Assembly (NCBI GenBank): GCA_002633005.1
Contig: NMRA01000015.1
Span: 423,793-487,792, forward strand
Source of the DNA: Phoronis australis
Taxonomy: Eukaryota; Animalia; Phoronida
Length of the DNA stretch: 64,000 nucleotides
Reading direction: 5' to 3'
Shown here: positions 40,695 to 53,671 of the stretch, one piece after another
Layout of the letters: every line of letters begins with the position of its first letter
How positions within the stretch are numbered: the stretch's first letter is position 1
Made by a program: the position numbers and the translations under genes
The notes under the pieces: generated by a model
Told to the model about the DNA's origin: nothing
What the model saw: the letters and a program-made list of their open reading frames with translations, nothing else
Database searches by the model: none

Positions 40695-40797
40695 AATAGT
40701 CACCTGCAGCGTACCGCATTTTGAGAACCAGTTTGGTGCCTGTTATTCAGTGGAGAAAACTGGTTCTTAAAATGAGGGACGCCTGTAAGTGACAATT
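40695..40797. repeat. Imperfect hairpin / small MITE remnant
   Basis: GTCAC.TGCAG..CATTTTGAGAACCAGTTT pairs with AAACTGGTTCTTAAAATG..CTGTAAGTGAC around a loop of about 22 nt. Confidence 0.7.
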
Positions 40798-41253
40798 ACC
40801 TAAGGGGCTGTTGTATTTCTTCTTTCTAAGCTCTTACCCAGAGATAGCAAGTCGACACTTTTTCTAGGTATAATGCAGGGTCTTTTTTACCGCTCGGGTG
40901 GCCCAGAAATAGTGGCGTGACACTTTTCCCCATCTCTGAGTCAATTAAATCGAGGCTTATTTCTTGATGAAAATTGTTACCTCGCCTAGATCAAGTCTAC
41001 GAATATCATTCCTTTTTGATAGCTTTTAATTGTCCTCACACTCCTCACACCGAGTTTCTCAGCTAATACCTTCACGATTTCGATCAGATAAAGCAGATAT
41101 AACTATCCTTGCCCAAGAAATAGGAGATCACCACTTTTCGTAAAACATGGTCGCTTTCTATCTTTGGATCAGAGAATACGAAGTAGTGACGTCTAGAAAA
41201 AAAAAGAAAAAAGAAAGAAAAAAATGAAAAAAATGAAAGAACAAAAGAAAGGA

Positions 41254-42191
41254 ATAAATACACAAAACGTACCGAGAGTGGCGTACATGAAGTAATATCC
41301 CAGGAGACATTATTCCGCGTATCGACCGAGACCGAACGTCGAGGTCAATACGCCGAATAAGGTCGAGTGGGATATTACTTCATGTACGCCACTCTCGGTG
41401 CGTTTTGTATTTATCCCATGCGCTTCGAATCCCTAAGTTTCTTACATTTTTTCGGCAGATTTTTCAAATACTTCACCCAGACTGTTCACATGGTGGATCA
41501 CATCCTATATGTATGTACTTGCGCGTTAGGTTAAGTTTTCTCTTGTAAAAGAAACAATTTTAAAAGTAACGTTTTATTTCTTGAAAAGAGGTAGCAAAGA
41601 TGAAAACAACGTCAACTGTGCAGTGAACTTGTAACATCTCCTGGAAATAGTTAAAAAACAACATTTGATATTTTAGTTTCCTAGGAATCGGCGCCTGAGT
41701 TGCAGACGATATGGTATTCAGCAACTGAAAACTGCGACATAAGTGTCTTATAATTAACAGTTATGTTCCAGATTTTACGTTTAGGACCTGGTTGCATGGC
41801 GAGTGTTAGTTACACTGTTGCAAATGTATTACTTTATACTATATTCGGAAAGTTTGATGACCGAACCGGGCAACAAAGCGCCTCATAGAGCGAGGATGGC
41901 AATACAGAGATGCAGTAAAAACTCGTACCAGGGGAAAAGATCGAAGATTCTGTAACCAGCACGAACTTGGTTGCATCTCCAAATTTACATACATTGCGTG
42001 CAATACTGGAAGTAAGAGGGCCAGAGACTATCCCGGTGCCTACCCTCTGACGTCACCACAGAAACAGAACCGGTTGAAGACCTCGACCTTTTGAACTTTC
42101 CATGTCAGAGGTCGCTGTTGAAGTAGTGAATACGGAAAACTTTATTACATGGCCGTATTTCCCTCGACAGATTCAACGCGTATGGGATAAA
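41254..42191. mobile_element. Palindrome-bearing interspersed repeat, copy 2 (apparently full length)
   Basis: A hairpin of about 160 bp at 41254-41414 is followed by TTATCCCATGCGCTTCGAATC...GATTCAACGCGTATGGGATAA. Homologous to 8316-8989. Confidence 0.85.
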
Positions 42192-43007
42192 AAGAAAAAA
42201 AAAAACGAAGGAGAAAAAAAGAAAAATCTGTCTCTGACTGACCGGGTGAGCCAGAGACATCATTCTTCACGTTACCTGAGCAACACAGCTTCTCCACTCA
42301 TCTTGACGAACGTAGTTCCTTTACGGATCACAGGCCCGATAAACTGGCTCACAAATACCGCGCACCGATCACCAAATAGGATTCACCCGCAACCGCCAAA
42401 CAGGAGTCGCCGGCAACCGCCAAACACGATGCCGGAATTTCTCAAAAATTTTTGTATGGATTCACGAACATACCTCAATAACTCCATGTCCGTGTACCGC
42501 GTATTGTGAAACTCGAAAGTAAGCAGGGGTGCGCTCCGTAGACGCAAGAAACCAGCTAGTGTTTCACGAGTATGCTCTGTAACGTATTAGTGTATACCGG
42601 CAAATCGCTGTCTCTGAAGTGATTAGCCGGTGAGGTTGAAATGTTGAATTATTGGATAGAATTCACTGGTTCCGTTCCATGAGCGAATAACTCTCGCCGC
42701 AAGTGTCTGCCCTAGCGCATCTGTTGGACTGCGCCGGAGAGCACCTCTGCTTATTGACCAACGTAAAACAAAATGAAGCATTCTTTACATACAAATGACA
42801 GCACAATTCTGGTTGTATGTATGAATATGTCCAGGTGATTGCTCAGAGAGCTCGATATGTTTTCTCCACCAGCGGACTGTATCCAACAGGCAACGCCGCA
42901 AGCATATGTCAACGCGTGTCTGGGCTATGCACTTTCCCTTAGTGCACAAAGCACTTGAACGGTTGAATATGACGTCACGGATTAATTTACTTCATTCATA
43001 ATTTCAG

Positions 43008-43081
43008 AACAAAAGTATTCTTGCACAGAAAGTATTGGCGGCGACACAGCTCACTTTGAAATACTGGACACTGCAGGACAG
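43008..43081 (+). CDS. RERG/RASL11-like GTPase, coding exon 3
   Basis: Acceptor TTTCAG|. Encodes (E)QKYSCTESIGGDTAHFEILDTAGQ with the G3 motif DTAGQ. Donor CAG|GTAAAA, phases 1-0. Confidence 0.93.
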
Positions 43082-45276
43082 GTAAAAGAAATGTTTTGTT
43101 AAAAAGTTAAGCAACGAAAAAACCCAATTATTTCTATACCAGTGCCAACACACTTTACTTATCGCCATCATCGAACTAGTGTACCCAGCAGGGGCGGGTT
43201 TTGGAACAACTGAACCAGCCAAGAAAGACTCCCTTGTGGAAAAAATAATTTTGATTTAGACCTCGTGACGTTATTAATATGATATCAATTTATTTGTATT
43301 ATTTCGTGGTTTAGGAAGAACCCCCGGGTGGTATTTGCATAGGTATGTAAGGTAACGGTTCAGAAAAGTTTTTTTCTCATGTCCCTACAAAGAGTACTAA
43401 CTTTTCGGACAAACTCTCCAACAAAAGGGTTCACTTTGGGTGTTCAAAAACCCTACAAGGGGTTCACTTTGGGTGTTCAAAAACCCTACAAAGGGACAAA
43501 GGGTTCCTTTTCCTTCTAGATAAATTTTTAAAATTAGTTTTACTCTGCAACATAGCTCGTGGCGTACCCCGGGCAAAATAGATTACGATAAATATTATCC
43601 CTATTTTTAAAACTTAAGTTTCAAATTTTAGATGTACTGCTGTTGGACAACATGGCAAATGTTCATGTCCTATTTTACATTTAACTGTTTTACAAGCTTA
43701 CAGAAGAGTTTGCATGTGGAATTAGTCAATATAAGGGTAGTACTTTGGGAGCAAAATACTACAAAAGTCGCTTTTTCATGCAAGTTTCCCACAAATTGGT
43801 TCTTTTTTCGAGTCCACTCCCTAAGTGGGCGAGTATCTTAATTTTCCAGCAGCACCCCGTCAAAAATGTAACTCGCTATCCCGGAGAAGAACAGAAAATT
43901 TGTTACCTCTTGACAGAAGGCTAATAAGTTGGCTGGTTATTTTATCCAACGATCATGATGTCAAAAATAACCAACTCAATCAATTCTACGATATCTGAGC
44001 AAGAAACAATTTGAGACCTATTTTGCAGCAGCAAATGGTCTAAGTACAGAGTTATTTTGGGTGATTGATGTCTGAGGGTGATCACCAGTCAGTCGCTTTG
44101 AAAGCAAGTCGTCTTGTCCTCCTATCGAATTCATTTAGATCACAAACAGTTTTACCAGTTGACGGAGTGCGCATCATTTAACAGTGCTTATAAAGCTAAA
44201 CACCAAACGCTTTGCTGACGAACTTTTGAAATTTCACTCTATGAATAACGTAGACTGTATTTTATTCGTATTTAACTGGAAAACATCGATAAGAATTAGC
44301 GATTTGTTATCAAACCCCCAAAACACGACGGTTTTATAGCTCTGGTCAAAACTAATAACTTCAAAAGTCTATCCTATCCATCAATAATAATAACTTCGAA
44401 AGTCTCATCCGACAATAACCACACAAAAATGATAATGTACTTTTAAGAAAATAGGAGAAATCTACATTTTTACTCTGCCTTGGAAACTTTCATCTACCTT
44501 ATTTCTACAACTCACCGATATAAATCGAATACTAATCGGACTCATAAAGAGGCAATTGGTGGATACAGATTTTCACTTAAAACTCATCCAAGTACCATTA
44601 AACGACTGCACTAATAGGCGTCCCCGTAAAATCCAACCTCAGAAAACATCGTTTATTTGCAATAAGCAACAACTTGACAACCAGATCAAAGGTTACACCT
44701 GTTGGGGTCCCTTCGGCATTCATACCTCCCAGGTTTTGGATTCCAGGAGTCGCGACTTTTATGAATGTCATCGTTCAACTGTCGCGGGAAATCCTCAAGC
44801 AAATATGCAAGTGCTACCTAAATTAATCGTTAGTGTGATAAGGTGTATTTAAGTAAAGATAAAAACATAAAACTTCACTGACAGATTTATGACCAGAGAG
44901 TTCCTTCAATCTGGCCTACATGAAATGAACACCTGAGAATTTGTTACCTGAGAGAAATCATCACTCAACTGGTCACCGCTGGCTTACACCTGTTTCCGAT
45001 GGAAATAAAATTTCATAGGCCGTCAGCTGGTTTAGTATAAATGCTTGGGCTAATTTCCTGTGTCTTATAATTATTCACTATTTTATGCAGACTAGATCTC
45101 TCTTACAACTTGGTTTAAGAATTACATATGTGAGTGTATCAAAATCTCCGAAAATACAACTTATCTGGGAACGTAATATTGCACAGATGTATCAAAATTA
45201 CTGCCGAAACGCTGCGATTTTAAAATGCGGTCGACGTTGGTGGAGTTTACGTTTCTTGTACGTTTCTTTTTTGCAG

Positions 45277-45864
45277 GATGAAGATCAAATGCGATGGGAG
45301 GAGAATATAAAATGGGCCGACTCTTTTATTCTGCTCTACTCCATCACGGACAGTCTCAGTTTTGACGAATGCACGAGATATAAATTTCTGATAAACCATA
45401 TCAAAAGAAAGAGAAAGATCAGCGTCGGGGCGCTGGCGCAGTCACATGATATTCCCGTTGCTCTAGTCGGAAACCAAACAGATCTCAAATACGACAGAAT
45501 GGTATCAACGGAAGACGGACAAAGGCGAAGCGATGAACTCGGATGCACGCACTTTTTTGAAATATCAGTTCGAGAATCCTACCAGGACGTATTCAAAATA
45601 TTTGAGCATATTTACAGAGACGTCAAAGTTAAAAAACACACCACCCACCATCGAATGAACCCGCCGTCACCCCCGGAGAACCGAGCGCGTGCGTTTACTG
45701 TTGTGTCTGAGGGTGGCGTCGGCAGTAGCGACTTTGCAACATATCGCCCACTTAGACGATCGACTACAACATCATCGACGAAAAGTCGAGGAAACAAAAT
45801 GCCAGCAGTATTCTCATCAAGACGTGAATTAAAACGGTCGAACAGTTTCGCGACTTTCACTTGA
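45277..45864 (+). CDS. RERG/RASL11-like GTPase, last coding exon
   Basis: Acceptor TTTTTTGCAG|. Encodes DEDQMRWEENIKWADSFILLYSITD...LVGNQTDL...FFEISVRE...RSNSFATFT*. The four exons total 825 nt (274 aa). No CAAX box, as in the RERG/RASL11 subfamily. Confidence 0.95.
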   Translation, partial: DEDQMRWEENIKWADSFILLYSITDSLSFDECTRYKFLINHIKRKRKISVGALAQSHDIPVALVGNQTDLKYDRMVSTEDGQRRSDELGCTHFFEISVRESYQDVFKIFEHIYRDVKVKKHTTHHRMNPPSPPENRARAFTVVSEGGVGSSDFATYRPLRRSTTTSSTKSRGNKMPAVFSSRRELKRSNSFATFT

Positions 45865-46722
45865 TGTGTATGTGCATTTGCTGTTAACGTCTTCCAATTT
45901 GGTGGGATGTGAAACTTCCGCACTACTCTCACCGTGCGTTGCTAGTCACGTGTCAACAATTAGAGGTCTGCCATCGCCCTTTCGGTTTGATATTTAAGGA
46001 TAGTATTTCCTTTTCGTTTTGTTTACTCTGCCGAAAAACTATAATATTGTTGTCATAAAGCCCTGAGGTAATTTCAGTCTGATAGATCTATGTATTATCT
46101 TAACACCTCAAGCTTGACCGGGGATGTGTGCGGTAACGGCGGTTGAGTTTCGCCAGGCTGATTGGCCACCAGTAAATTTAAATTCAAAATTTCTTATTAG
46201 AATCTGTTATTTCCGAAATACTGAGCTGCGATTTTTTTGAAATGTTACCGNCATCAAGACGTGAATTAAAACGGTCGAACAGTTTCGCGACTTTCACTTG
46301 ATGTGTATGTGCATTTGCTGTTAACGTCTTCCAATTTGGTGGGATGTGAAACTTCCGCACTACTCTCACCGTGCGTTGCTAGTCACGTGTCAACAATTAG
46401 AGGTCTGCCATCGCCCTTTCGGTTTGATATTTAAGGATAGTATTTCCTTTTCGTTTTGTTTACTCTGCCGAAAAACTATAATATTGTTGTCATAAAGCCC
46501 TGAGGTAATTTCAGTCTAATAGATCTATGTATTATCTTAACACCTCAAGCTTGACCGGGGATGTGTGCGGTAACGGCGGTTGAGTTTCGCCAGGCTGATT
46601 GGCCACCAGTAAATTTAAATTCAAAATTTCTTATTAGAATCTGTTATTTCCTAAAAGATCATGTTATCATCTAAAAGTATTATTTGGAAATACTGAGCTG
46701 CGATTTTTTTGAAATGTTACCG
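45815..46722. repeat. Near-identical tandem duplicate around a single n; probable assembly artefact (two haplotypes)
   Basis: 45815-46250 matches 46252-46722 except for one visible substitution and a 35-bp indel. Confidence 0.85.
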
Positions 46723-47669
46723 GAAATGATGCGGAAATAGACTCTTTGAAATCACCGTGACTCGTATGTTTTGTTTTTCAAAGTGCATATTTAGACATGT
46801 TCAGTCGTTAGTTAGGTAGTGCCCAACAGATCTCTCCTGACGTCGGAGAGTCTCCAGATGTGCCAATCATCCGCCAGGAGGATCACAGTCAACATAACAA
46901 CAGAACTCCTGATCATAACCAGGGACGATACTACTTTTCCACTATATGCCATTTTAACAATCGTGCGACATATAACAACTGCATGAACGGATATGCAAGC
47001 TTCTATTTATTGGAAGTTGTTAACTTGACGTTGTAAAAGTTTTGCTTTACATAATCTATTTGGACTTTGTCTTTCAACAAGCGTTATGCTACATGTTTGT
47101 AGATATCGTAGTTATTGTCAACCTACAAAATAATGATATTTGCAGAATACCATAGTTGTGTTTCTTGTCATCTCAACACGCGCTACTGACTAATTTAGTG
47201 TACGTCGTAACCCTGTGTTGACACCAGACGTCAAAGTCCGTATTTAATTGATAAACCATTTACAAAGCGTATTTCATGCGCACACATGTATCCTAGTTCA
47301 CATCAGAGTAGATGTTGATATGTTTTTAATTTGGTTGGGTAATCAATTGAATAGTACAGAAAAGGATAGAAAAGTTCAGTGAAGACATTGAAGGACGCCA
47401 ACAGCAGGTATAAATGAAGTTTTAAAGAATATGCGACACACCTGAGCCCAAAGAAAATAGTATGAAAGGTCTTCGCGGCAAAAAGATTGGCGTTTCTGCC
47501 GTACCTGAACATGAATTTTTTAGGAAGTAATGAACAGTAAAATTAGACTGAAATCGTGAATGTGAAGTAGAGTTAGGAGTTAGGATAGTAGTAAGTGAAA
47601 TATATCAGAACCTGCATGGGAGCAAGTGGCGTCCGCTGAGATTGGTGAAGATTGTTAATGTTTTACACT

Positions 47670-47925
47670 AGAAAGATGTTAGGAACCAAAGGAGCCAGAA
47701 CTGATAGTGACTGGGGAGGAAAGATATTAAGAACCAATGGAGCCAGAACTGAAGGTGACTGGGAGAGGAAAGATAGTAGGGACCTGGTGATGGAGCCAGA
47801 ATTGACGGTGACTGGGGGAGGAAAGATATTAGGGACCAATGGAGCCAAAACTGACGGTGACGGGGGAGGAAAGATATTAGGGACCAATGGAGCCAGAACT
47901 GGCGGTGACTGGGGGAGGATGAAGT
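47670..47925. repeat. Minisatellite, about 49-bp unit, about 5 copies
   Basis: Unit GAAAGATATTAGGGACCAATGGAGCCAGAACTGACGGTGACTGGGGGAG. Confidence 0.9.
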
Positions 47926-50181
47926 AGATTAAAATCCCTAGAACTGAAAAATTGCCGCCGTGATTCGTGACACGAGCTCTCTTCACCTCGCCAAAATCAT
48001 CTTGAAAAACATTATACCGAGAAAGGCGCATGTGGCTAAATGAGCGCATTTTTTTTCTGCGAACTGCTACATTGGGTTCACAAAATATGCATTGCCCTAT
48101 CAAATAAAATGAGAACAATTTCCAGTTATGCTTCATTAGCAGTAAAGATTGTATGTTAAAATGTCCAGTATTTTCAGTTTGAGAATGCTGCTGGTTAGAA
48201 TGAAGGACTAGCTTAAATGTAATGTGCAGTATCAAAATATATCTAATGATTCTCTCATAAATTAATAAAATGACAGTAGGTTTTTGTAGGCTACATGATT
48301 AAAATGAAACTGGCGGGCTTTAATGTAAAGTTCATATTTACACATATCTATGTAGTCCTGCAACTGGCAGCTGGACAGTTTATCGGTTGACTCCGAAAAG
48401 ATCAATGTTGTTTTCTTACAAAACTGTCAGGTTTCGTACACCTGTGTAAATACTAAACCTCCTATAAATCCACCTTCCGTCAAAAAACTAATTTATATTT
48501 TGACCACCCACAGTTATGAAATTGTCTCTTGTTCCTTTCCGATTAGGAGCAATTTTTGGACTTGGAAAGAACAGACAATTTGTTATTGCTGGGAACCATT
48601 GCAAGCCTCCGGTCAGCAAGTTAGCTCATGACGTCATTACGATAAGGTTACAACTAAGGAACGATTCTGAGCTGTAAATTTGTTCCACATCTCAATAATA
48701 CTCTTCAACAGATACACAATGAAATGAAACTTAAATCTGTCAGACACTTAACGGCGAAAATTGGAACTAATAGTCGAATTCTAATGGTCCTGGCATGTCG
48801 ATTGCGCGATGCGATTACCATTTGATTTATCGCCACATCCTTATTTTCTTGATTCGCCGATGGTTTTGATGCTCTTGCTGGTGACAAAATCAAGTCCCAT
48901 CACGGTAAGGAATATTATGAGACCCACTTTTGGAAATTCCGCCCTATTTATAGTGGCTAAAAAACGAAAATTAAAATAAGCCATTTAGTCTCTTAAAATT
49001 AATGAACAGGTCTCTGATGAGATTCCATCGCTCACCAGCTCATGCACCACTTTCAAATTCACAATTTAGTGGTTGGCAACCCCAATAAACTCTGAAGTGT
49101 TTTAATGAGTCACCGATAGTTTCCATGCTATTGTTGATTGAGAATCCTATCAGGATAAGCAATGCTGTACCATGGGTTTTATCAGAGTAAAAGGTTTAAT
49201 CCAGCTGAACAGAGCAAAATGCAGCTTTAATTATTTGTGGCAGCTAAATACCGAGGAAAAGTAGTTTTAAACTGCACAATTCAAATCCCTTCTTTTTAAT
49301 ACAGAGACGAAAGGGTAATTTAACACAAATTATTATTTTTCTTTAGGGACAACTTGCGCCCTCTTTTGAGTAAGTAGAAACAGGCAAACATTTAATACTG
49401 GGTAACTAAAATACCGTATGTTTTATTATAACATTTCTGCATAATGAAGTTACGTCTACATACGCACCTAGAGTCACATATTTCACTTTCACAGGCAAAT
49501 ACTCACTGTCACTGCTACTAACAGATAATGCAAGCAGACAAGACTTTACTAGATGAAACAGGCAGTAACTAAAGTTTTAGACACAAAAGAACACTTATAT
49601 ACAGCTAGCATTAAAGCCTAACTTCAACAGAATTTTGTTATTTTAGATGTATTGGGTTATCCAGATAGTCCTAGCAAAGCCTTAATAAAATAAAAAATAC
49701 AGTTCAATCGCACAAATGTAAGCCCGGAAATGATGAGTGAAGCCGCCTTTTCGAGCCATGTTGCGTCACCGCTAGATCCCAGCACAAACAACAAAAGGCC
49801 GATAAAAGTTACATTGAATAGGGATCTGAATAGAACACCATTGTGTGCGGGTGATATTCGCAGCTCTTTGAATTAAAAGGTGATTCTCGCCCTGACATAG
49901 ACAGAAGCAAGCCAATACGTTAGTTCATTACATTTGGCAATTTATGGCACTAGCGGACTGGTAGCGATGCTCTTAACATACTGTAGGAACTAAATTTACA
50001 GGTGTTACCATTCAAGATAGGCCTTAATATTACAGTTCACCCTTCTAAACTGGCTAAAATCTCAATAAGCCTTTTCATCTCAAAATCAGTCCCGTGATAT
50101 TCCTTACTACTACAGGATTCCAATACCAAAAAGAACATGGCAACCATCAATACCTCAGTGTTTATGAGAGTTGGACAACCC

Positions 50182-50372
50182 CACAGGGCAAAATACAACT
50201 GTGCAGTTACACTAGGCAAAATGTAACTGTGCAGCTACACAGAGCAAAATGCAACTGTGCAGCAACACAGGGCAAAATACAACTGTGCAGTAACATAGGG
50301 CAAAATACAATTGTGCAGCTACACAGGGCAAAATACAACTGTGCAGTAACACAGGGCAAAATACAACTGTAA
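50182..50372. repeat. Minisatellite, 28-bp unit, about 7 copies
   Basis: Unit ACACAGGGCAAAATACAACTGTGCAG(T/C)(A/T). Confidence 0.9.
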
Positions 50373-52063
50373 AACCAGGGCACAACATGTAATCTTCAAA
50401 CTTAAACTTAGTTTTGGAATTTTTTGTTTTACTTTAGTTATAATTAAGTATAAGTTTCTATCAGTCTGTACTCTTCCATGACAATATCATTTACACAGAC
50501 GGCTTTGTAGTCCAAGTTTGCACTTGATAACACCACATTCTTACTAAAGACTTAAAGAGTTTGAATCCAAGTTAAACGGATATGTAACAAATCTGATTAC
50601 AAGATGACTGACTAAATCATAATGCACTTGTCAGCATCAATGAAAAACACTTAGGAGTTCACTGTGAAGTAGAAGAAATCATGAAGTGTAAGTTGGAGTT
50701 GGAGATTACTGACTGGTGAAACTGCCATTGACCATTATAAATGAACAGTAAATGAACAGAGGAAGTTATAACATAATGATAAAATAACATGTATAACAAC
50801 ATGCCAAAACAGAATCCAACTCACATATGAAAAATACAAAAAGCAATCCCTGATATTAACATGATAAAATGTTTACTACACACTCAACTCCTGCAATCGT
50901 TATCATAATAATAAAAATGGTGAAGATACTACTTAATCCTTCCATGAAAGCAGCACCCCCATTTATCACAAGCAAACATTTTGGAAAAATCGGAATAACA
51001 CTTAATGCATGGATGCCGTGTGACAGACACAATGTCTTCATAAAATCACTCTCATCTCAACGTAAGAGTCATAACAGTTTCCAGTGCCTTCTGAATACAT
51101 TGTCCAATTAACAGCCATTCCCAACAAGGAAGTCATTGCAACTACATTTTAGCCAGGGGAGGGGAGCACACAACAACCTCAAGGACATTACAAAAACTGT
51201 TAACAATTACAGTCTGTGGTATAAAGGGAACTGTGACAGTGGAAATCTAATGCAACAGTCATTTGAACACTCTCCACTTCACCCCATTAACATTAAAGCA
51301 TCAACACCCCCTCCATATATTACAAAACCCCAATTTAGACCACCTATCCTATGAAATTGGTGACAAATTGTTCCTTAATCAAATAGGAGGTGATTTCAGG
51401 GCTTTGAATGAATTGAAACTTCGTTATTGTTTGAAACCAGGCTTTACAAGTTGGTTTATAATATTATGCTCTGAGCATGGTCTCAAGGAATAATGAACTA
51501 TCAGTTCTTTGCACACCCAAAAATCTCTTCTCATCTGGGTAAGGAATACACAGGAACACACAGAGACCAAAGTGGTCTAAATTAAAATTTTGTTTCTTGG
51601 ACAGGTTTATAACCACTTTAGAAGGAAAAAGTGTAAAGTGAATACAATAAGGAAGTCTGGGTAATATCAGCCTTACATAATGTGAGAATCTCACAAAGTC
51701 GACAAAATGAATGGAATATACACCCAGCATATAATGCAAAACTGTTCACACCAGAAAGGAGTCAGGCTTCTTATCTAACCTAGAACAGTCACATTCTCTC
51801 CTAGGAAGGATTGTCACTCCACTGAAGAGTGTACAGTGCCACTGTTCACCAGCTCTAGTATTTCTCATATCAAGAAACGGTGACTCTCACATATTGTAAA
51901 CAAGTACACAGAATGTCAAACTCTACATAAAAGAGTATTGTCTTGGTCTGCCAAGGGGGTGACTCCCACTGTTGCATGAAGACTATACCACAACAGTCCT
52001 TATTCATCCACCTTGAGAGGATCATTCCCATTACTGCAAAGGATCTGCACAGTATGACAGGCT

Positions 52064-52272
52064 CTAGTGCAACAAAATCACATTCTCCTTGTCCAGAGAG
52101 TCGTATCTGACCGGGGAGTCACTCCCCTTGACTGACCGCTCGTATTGCACAGGTGGAGTGTTACTGTTGCTGTTTCTGGACATCAAACCAAGTTTGGCTA
52201 CCTGCTTACGTTGAACTATGACCCTAGGTGAGTTGGTGTCCACACGAACTGGTGTTAGTGGTGACCGGTTTC
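52064..52272 (-). CDS. CDCA3: Cell division cycle-associated 3 (Tome-1), last coding exon
   Basis: Acceptor TGCAG|. Encodes (G)NRSPLTPVRVDTNSPR...DSLDKENVILLH*. The RSPL..NSP motif and C-terminal DKEN (KEN box) are as in vertebrate CDCA3. Confidence 0.85.
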
Positions 52273-52692
52273 CTGCAGCAAAGAAACGTATCAGATTATG
52301 GTATTAGTAATGGCAATTAAGTCAACTAAAATTCAAACTTAAGTGGAATTTTCTGTATTTTATACATCGAACTGAATTGATTTTGTGATCTTTTATCTAA
52401 GAATGTTAGTCTGGTCTAATGAGAAAGGTGACAATTTGGTACAGTAGGTTATCACGCTGATATAAAATATGTTCAGACCGCAAACTAGTCCGGACCAACT
52501 CTAATACATAAGCAGCTTAATTCAAAGCTCAGTCAGAAAACAAGAACATAGTGTCACCATAACTGATGAAAAATGATGTGAAGGACAGAACAAACAGAGG
52601 TCAAGGTCAGTATAGGGAGATATTAGTGCACTTGACATAAAAATGATGGTAATGGTTGTATTAGGGCATTAACGTAGACCAAAGCAATCTAC

Positions 52693-52797
52693 CTGATCTT
52701 TGTTGTTTCTTGTGAGGAGATGAGCTTGCCTGCAGCTGCTTGGTTCTCTGCTGTTTCTTGACCTTAACAACAGAGGGCCCCACTGTGCTGGAAGTCT
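52693..52797 (-). CDS. CDCA3: CDCA3 coding exon 3
   Basis: 105-nt open symmetric phase-1 exon bounded by TTTAACAG| and CAG|GTAGAT. Encodes (E)TSSTVGPSVVKVKKQQRTKQLQASSSPHKKQQRS(G). Confidence 0.75.
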
Positions 52798-53159
52798 CTG
52801 TTAAATACAACAGACATGTATGTTGAGTTTTCACAGTTTTACTATCAATAGTCTGTTTTAATCGATTTCCATTAATTATTCTGAATTCTCACCTGTAATA
52901 AACACAGAAATTCTGAACAATTTAAGACACAATATGGAGGAGTGGTGAAACTCCATTATTTCAAAAGATTAGTAGCACCAAATGCTAGGTCAATGCGGCC
53001 AACAGACGTTTTGAGAAATTGTGGACATTCACAATATTAGATATTGAAACTTTGAATAATGGAAAAAAGCAATTTTTGCATTTACTCTTTCCAACATTGG
53101 TGATATGTGCCCACACTTACAATTATACTCTGGTTATTATTATAATTATTAATTAAAAG

Positions 53160-53671
53160 CAGGGCTTGGAATGACCAATGACAAAAAACGCGGAAACTTT
53201 TACGGCCCAAATCATGGCCGATAACCAGCCTTTGAAATGGTCAATGTGAACCTTTCCGCGACAAAAATCGGGAGGACTAAAAAAAAAAAAAAAAAAAAAA
53301 ACGTTACCACCATCAGTAGCATGCGTCTGCGTCCTTTTAGCTCGCCCGTCCACAACCAACCCACACAATTTTGGCTGCAGAGCGGTAGTATTTGTCGCCG
53401 CGCTTAACAATAACACGAGCCGCACTTGAAAATCACACCACGCTTTACCCAGATGCCCCGGCAATGTTGACAATTTACGTTCCTCCGAAACATAAAGAGC
53501 AACTTCCGCTTTCAGAGGTGAACGTCGTCTGCAACGCCGCGGTAAGAAAGGAATTTGCCGCAGAAATTTCATATCAAATCCGATTTTTTACGCGGAAATA
53601 TTATAAAAAAAGCGGAAAGCACATTTCAAAAAAGCGGAAATCCGCGTTTCCGCGGAAAATTCCAAGCCCTG
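53160..53671. mobile_element. hAT-like MITE in a CDCA3 intron, 6-bp TSD
   Basis: Perfect 13-bp TIRs CAGGGCTTGGAAT/ATTCCAAGCCCTG, repeated subterminal GCGGAAA motifs, and TAAAAG on both sides. Confidence 0.85.

Noticed and set aside
45085-45276. N-terminal 64 aa of the 259-aa ORF as real protein
   Set aside because: Open intron sequence. G1-G3 come from upstream exons, and a strong acceptor precedes 45277.
17617-48636. Scattered TGACGTCA (CRE) octamers
   Set aside because: Isolated and partly inside repeats. Nothing ties them to a promoter.
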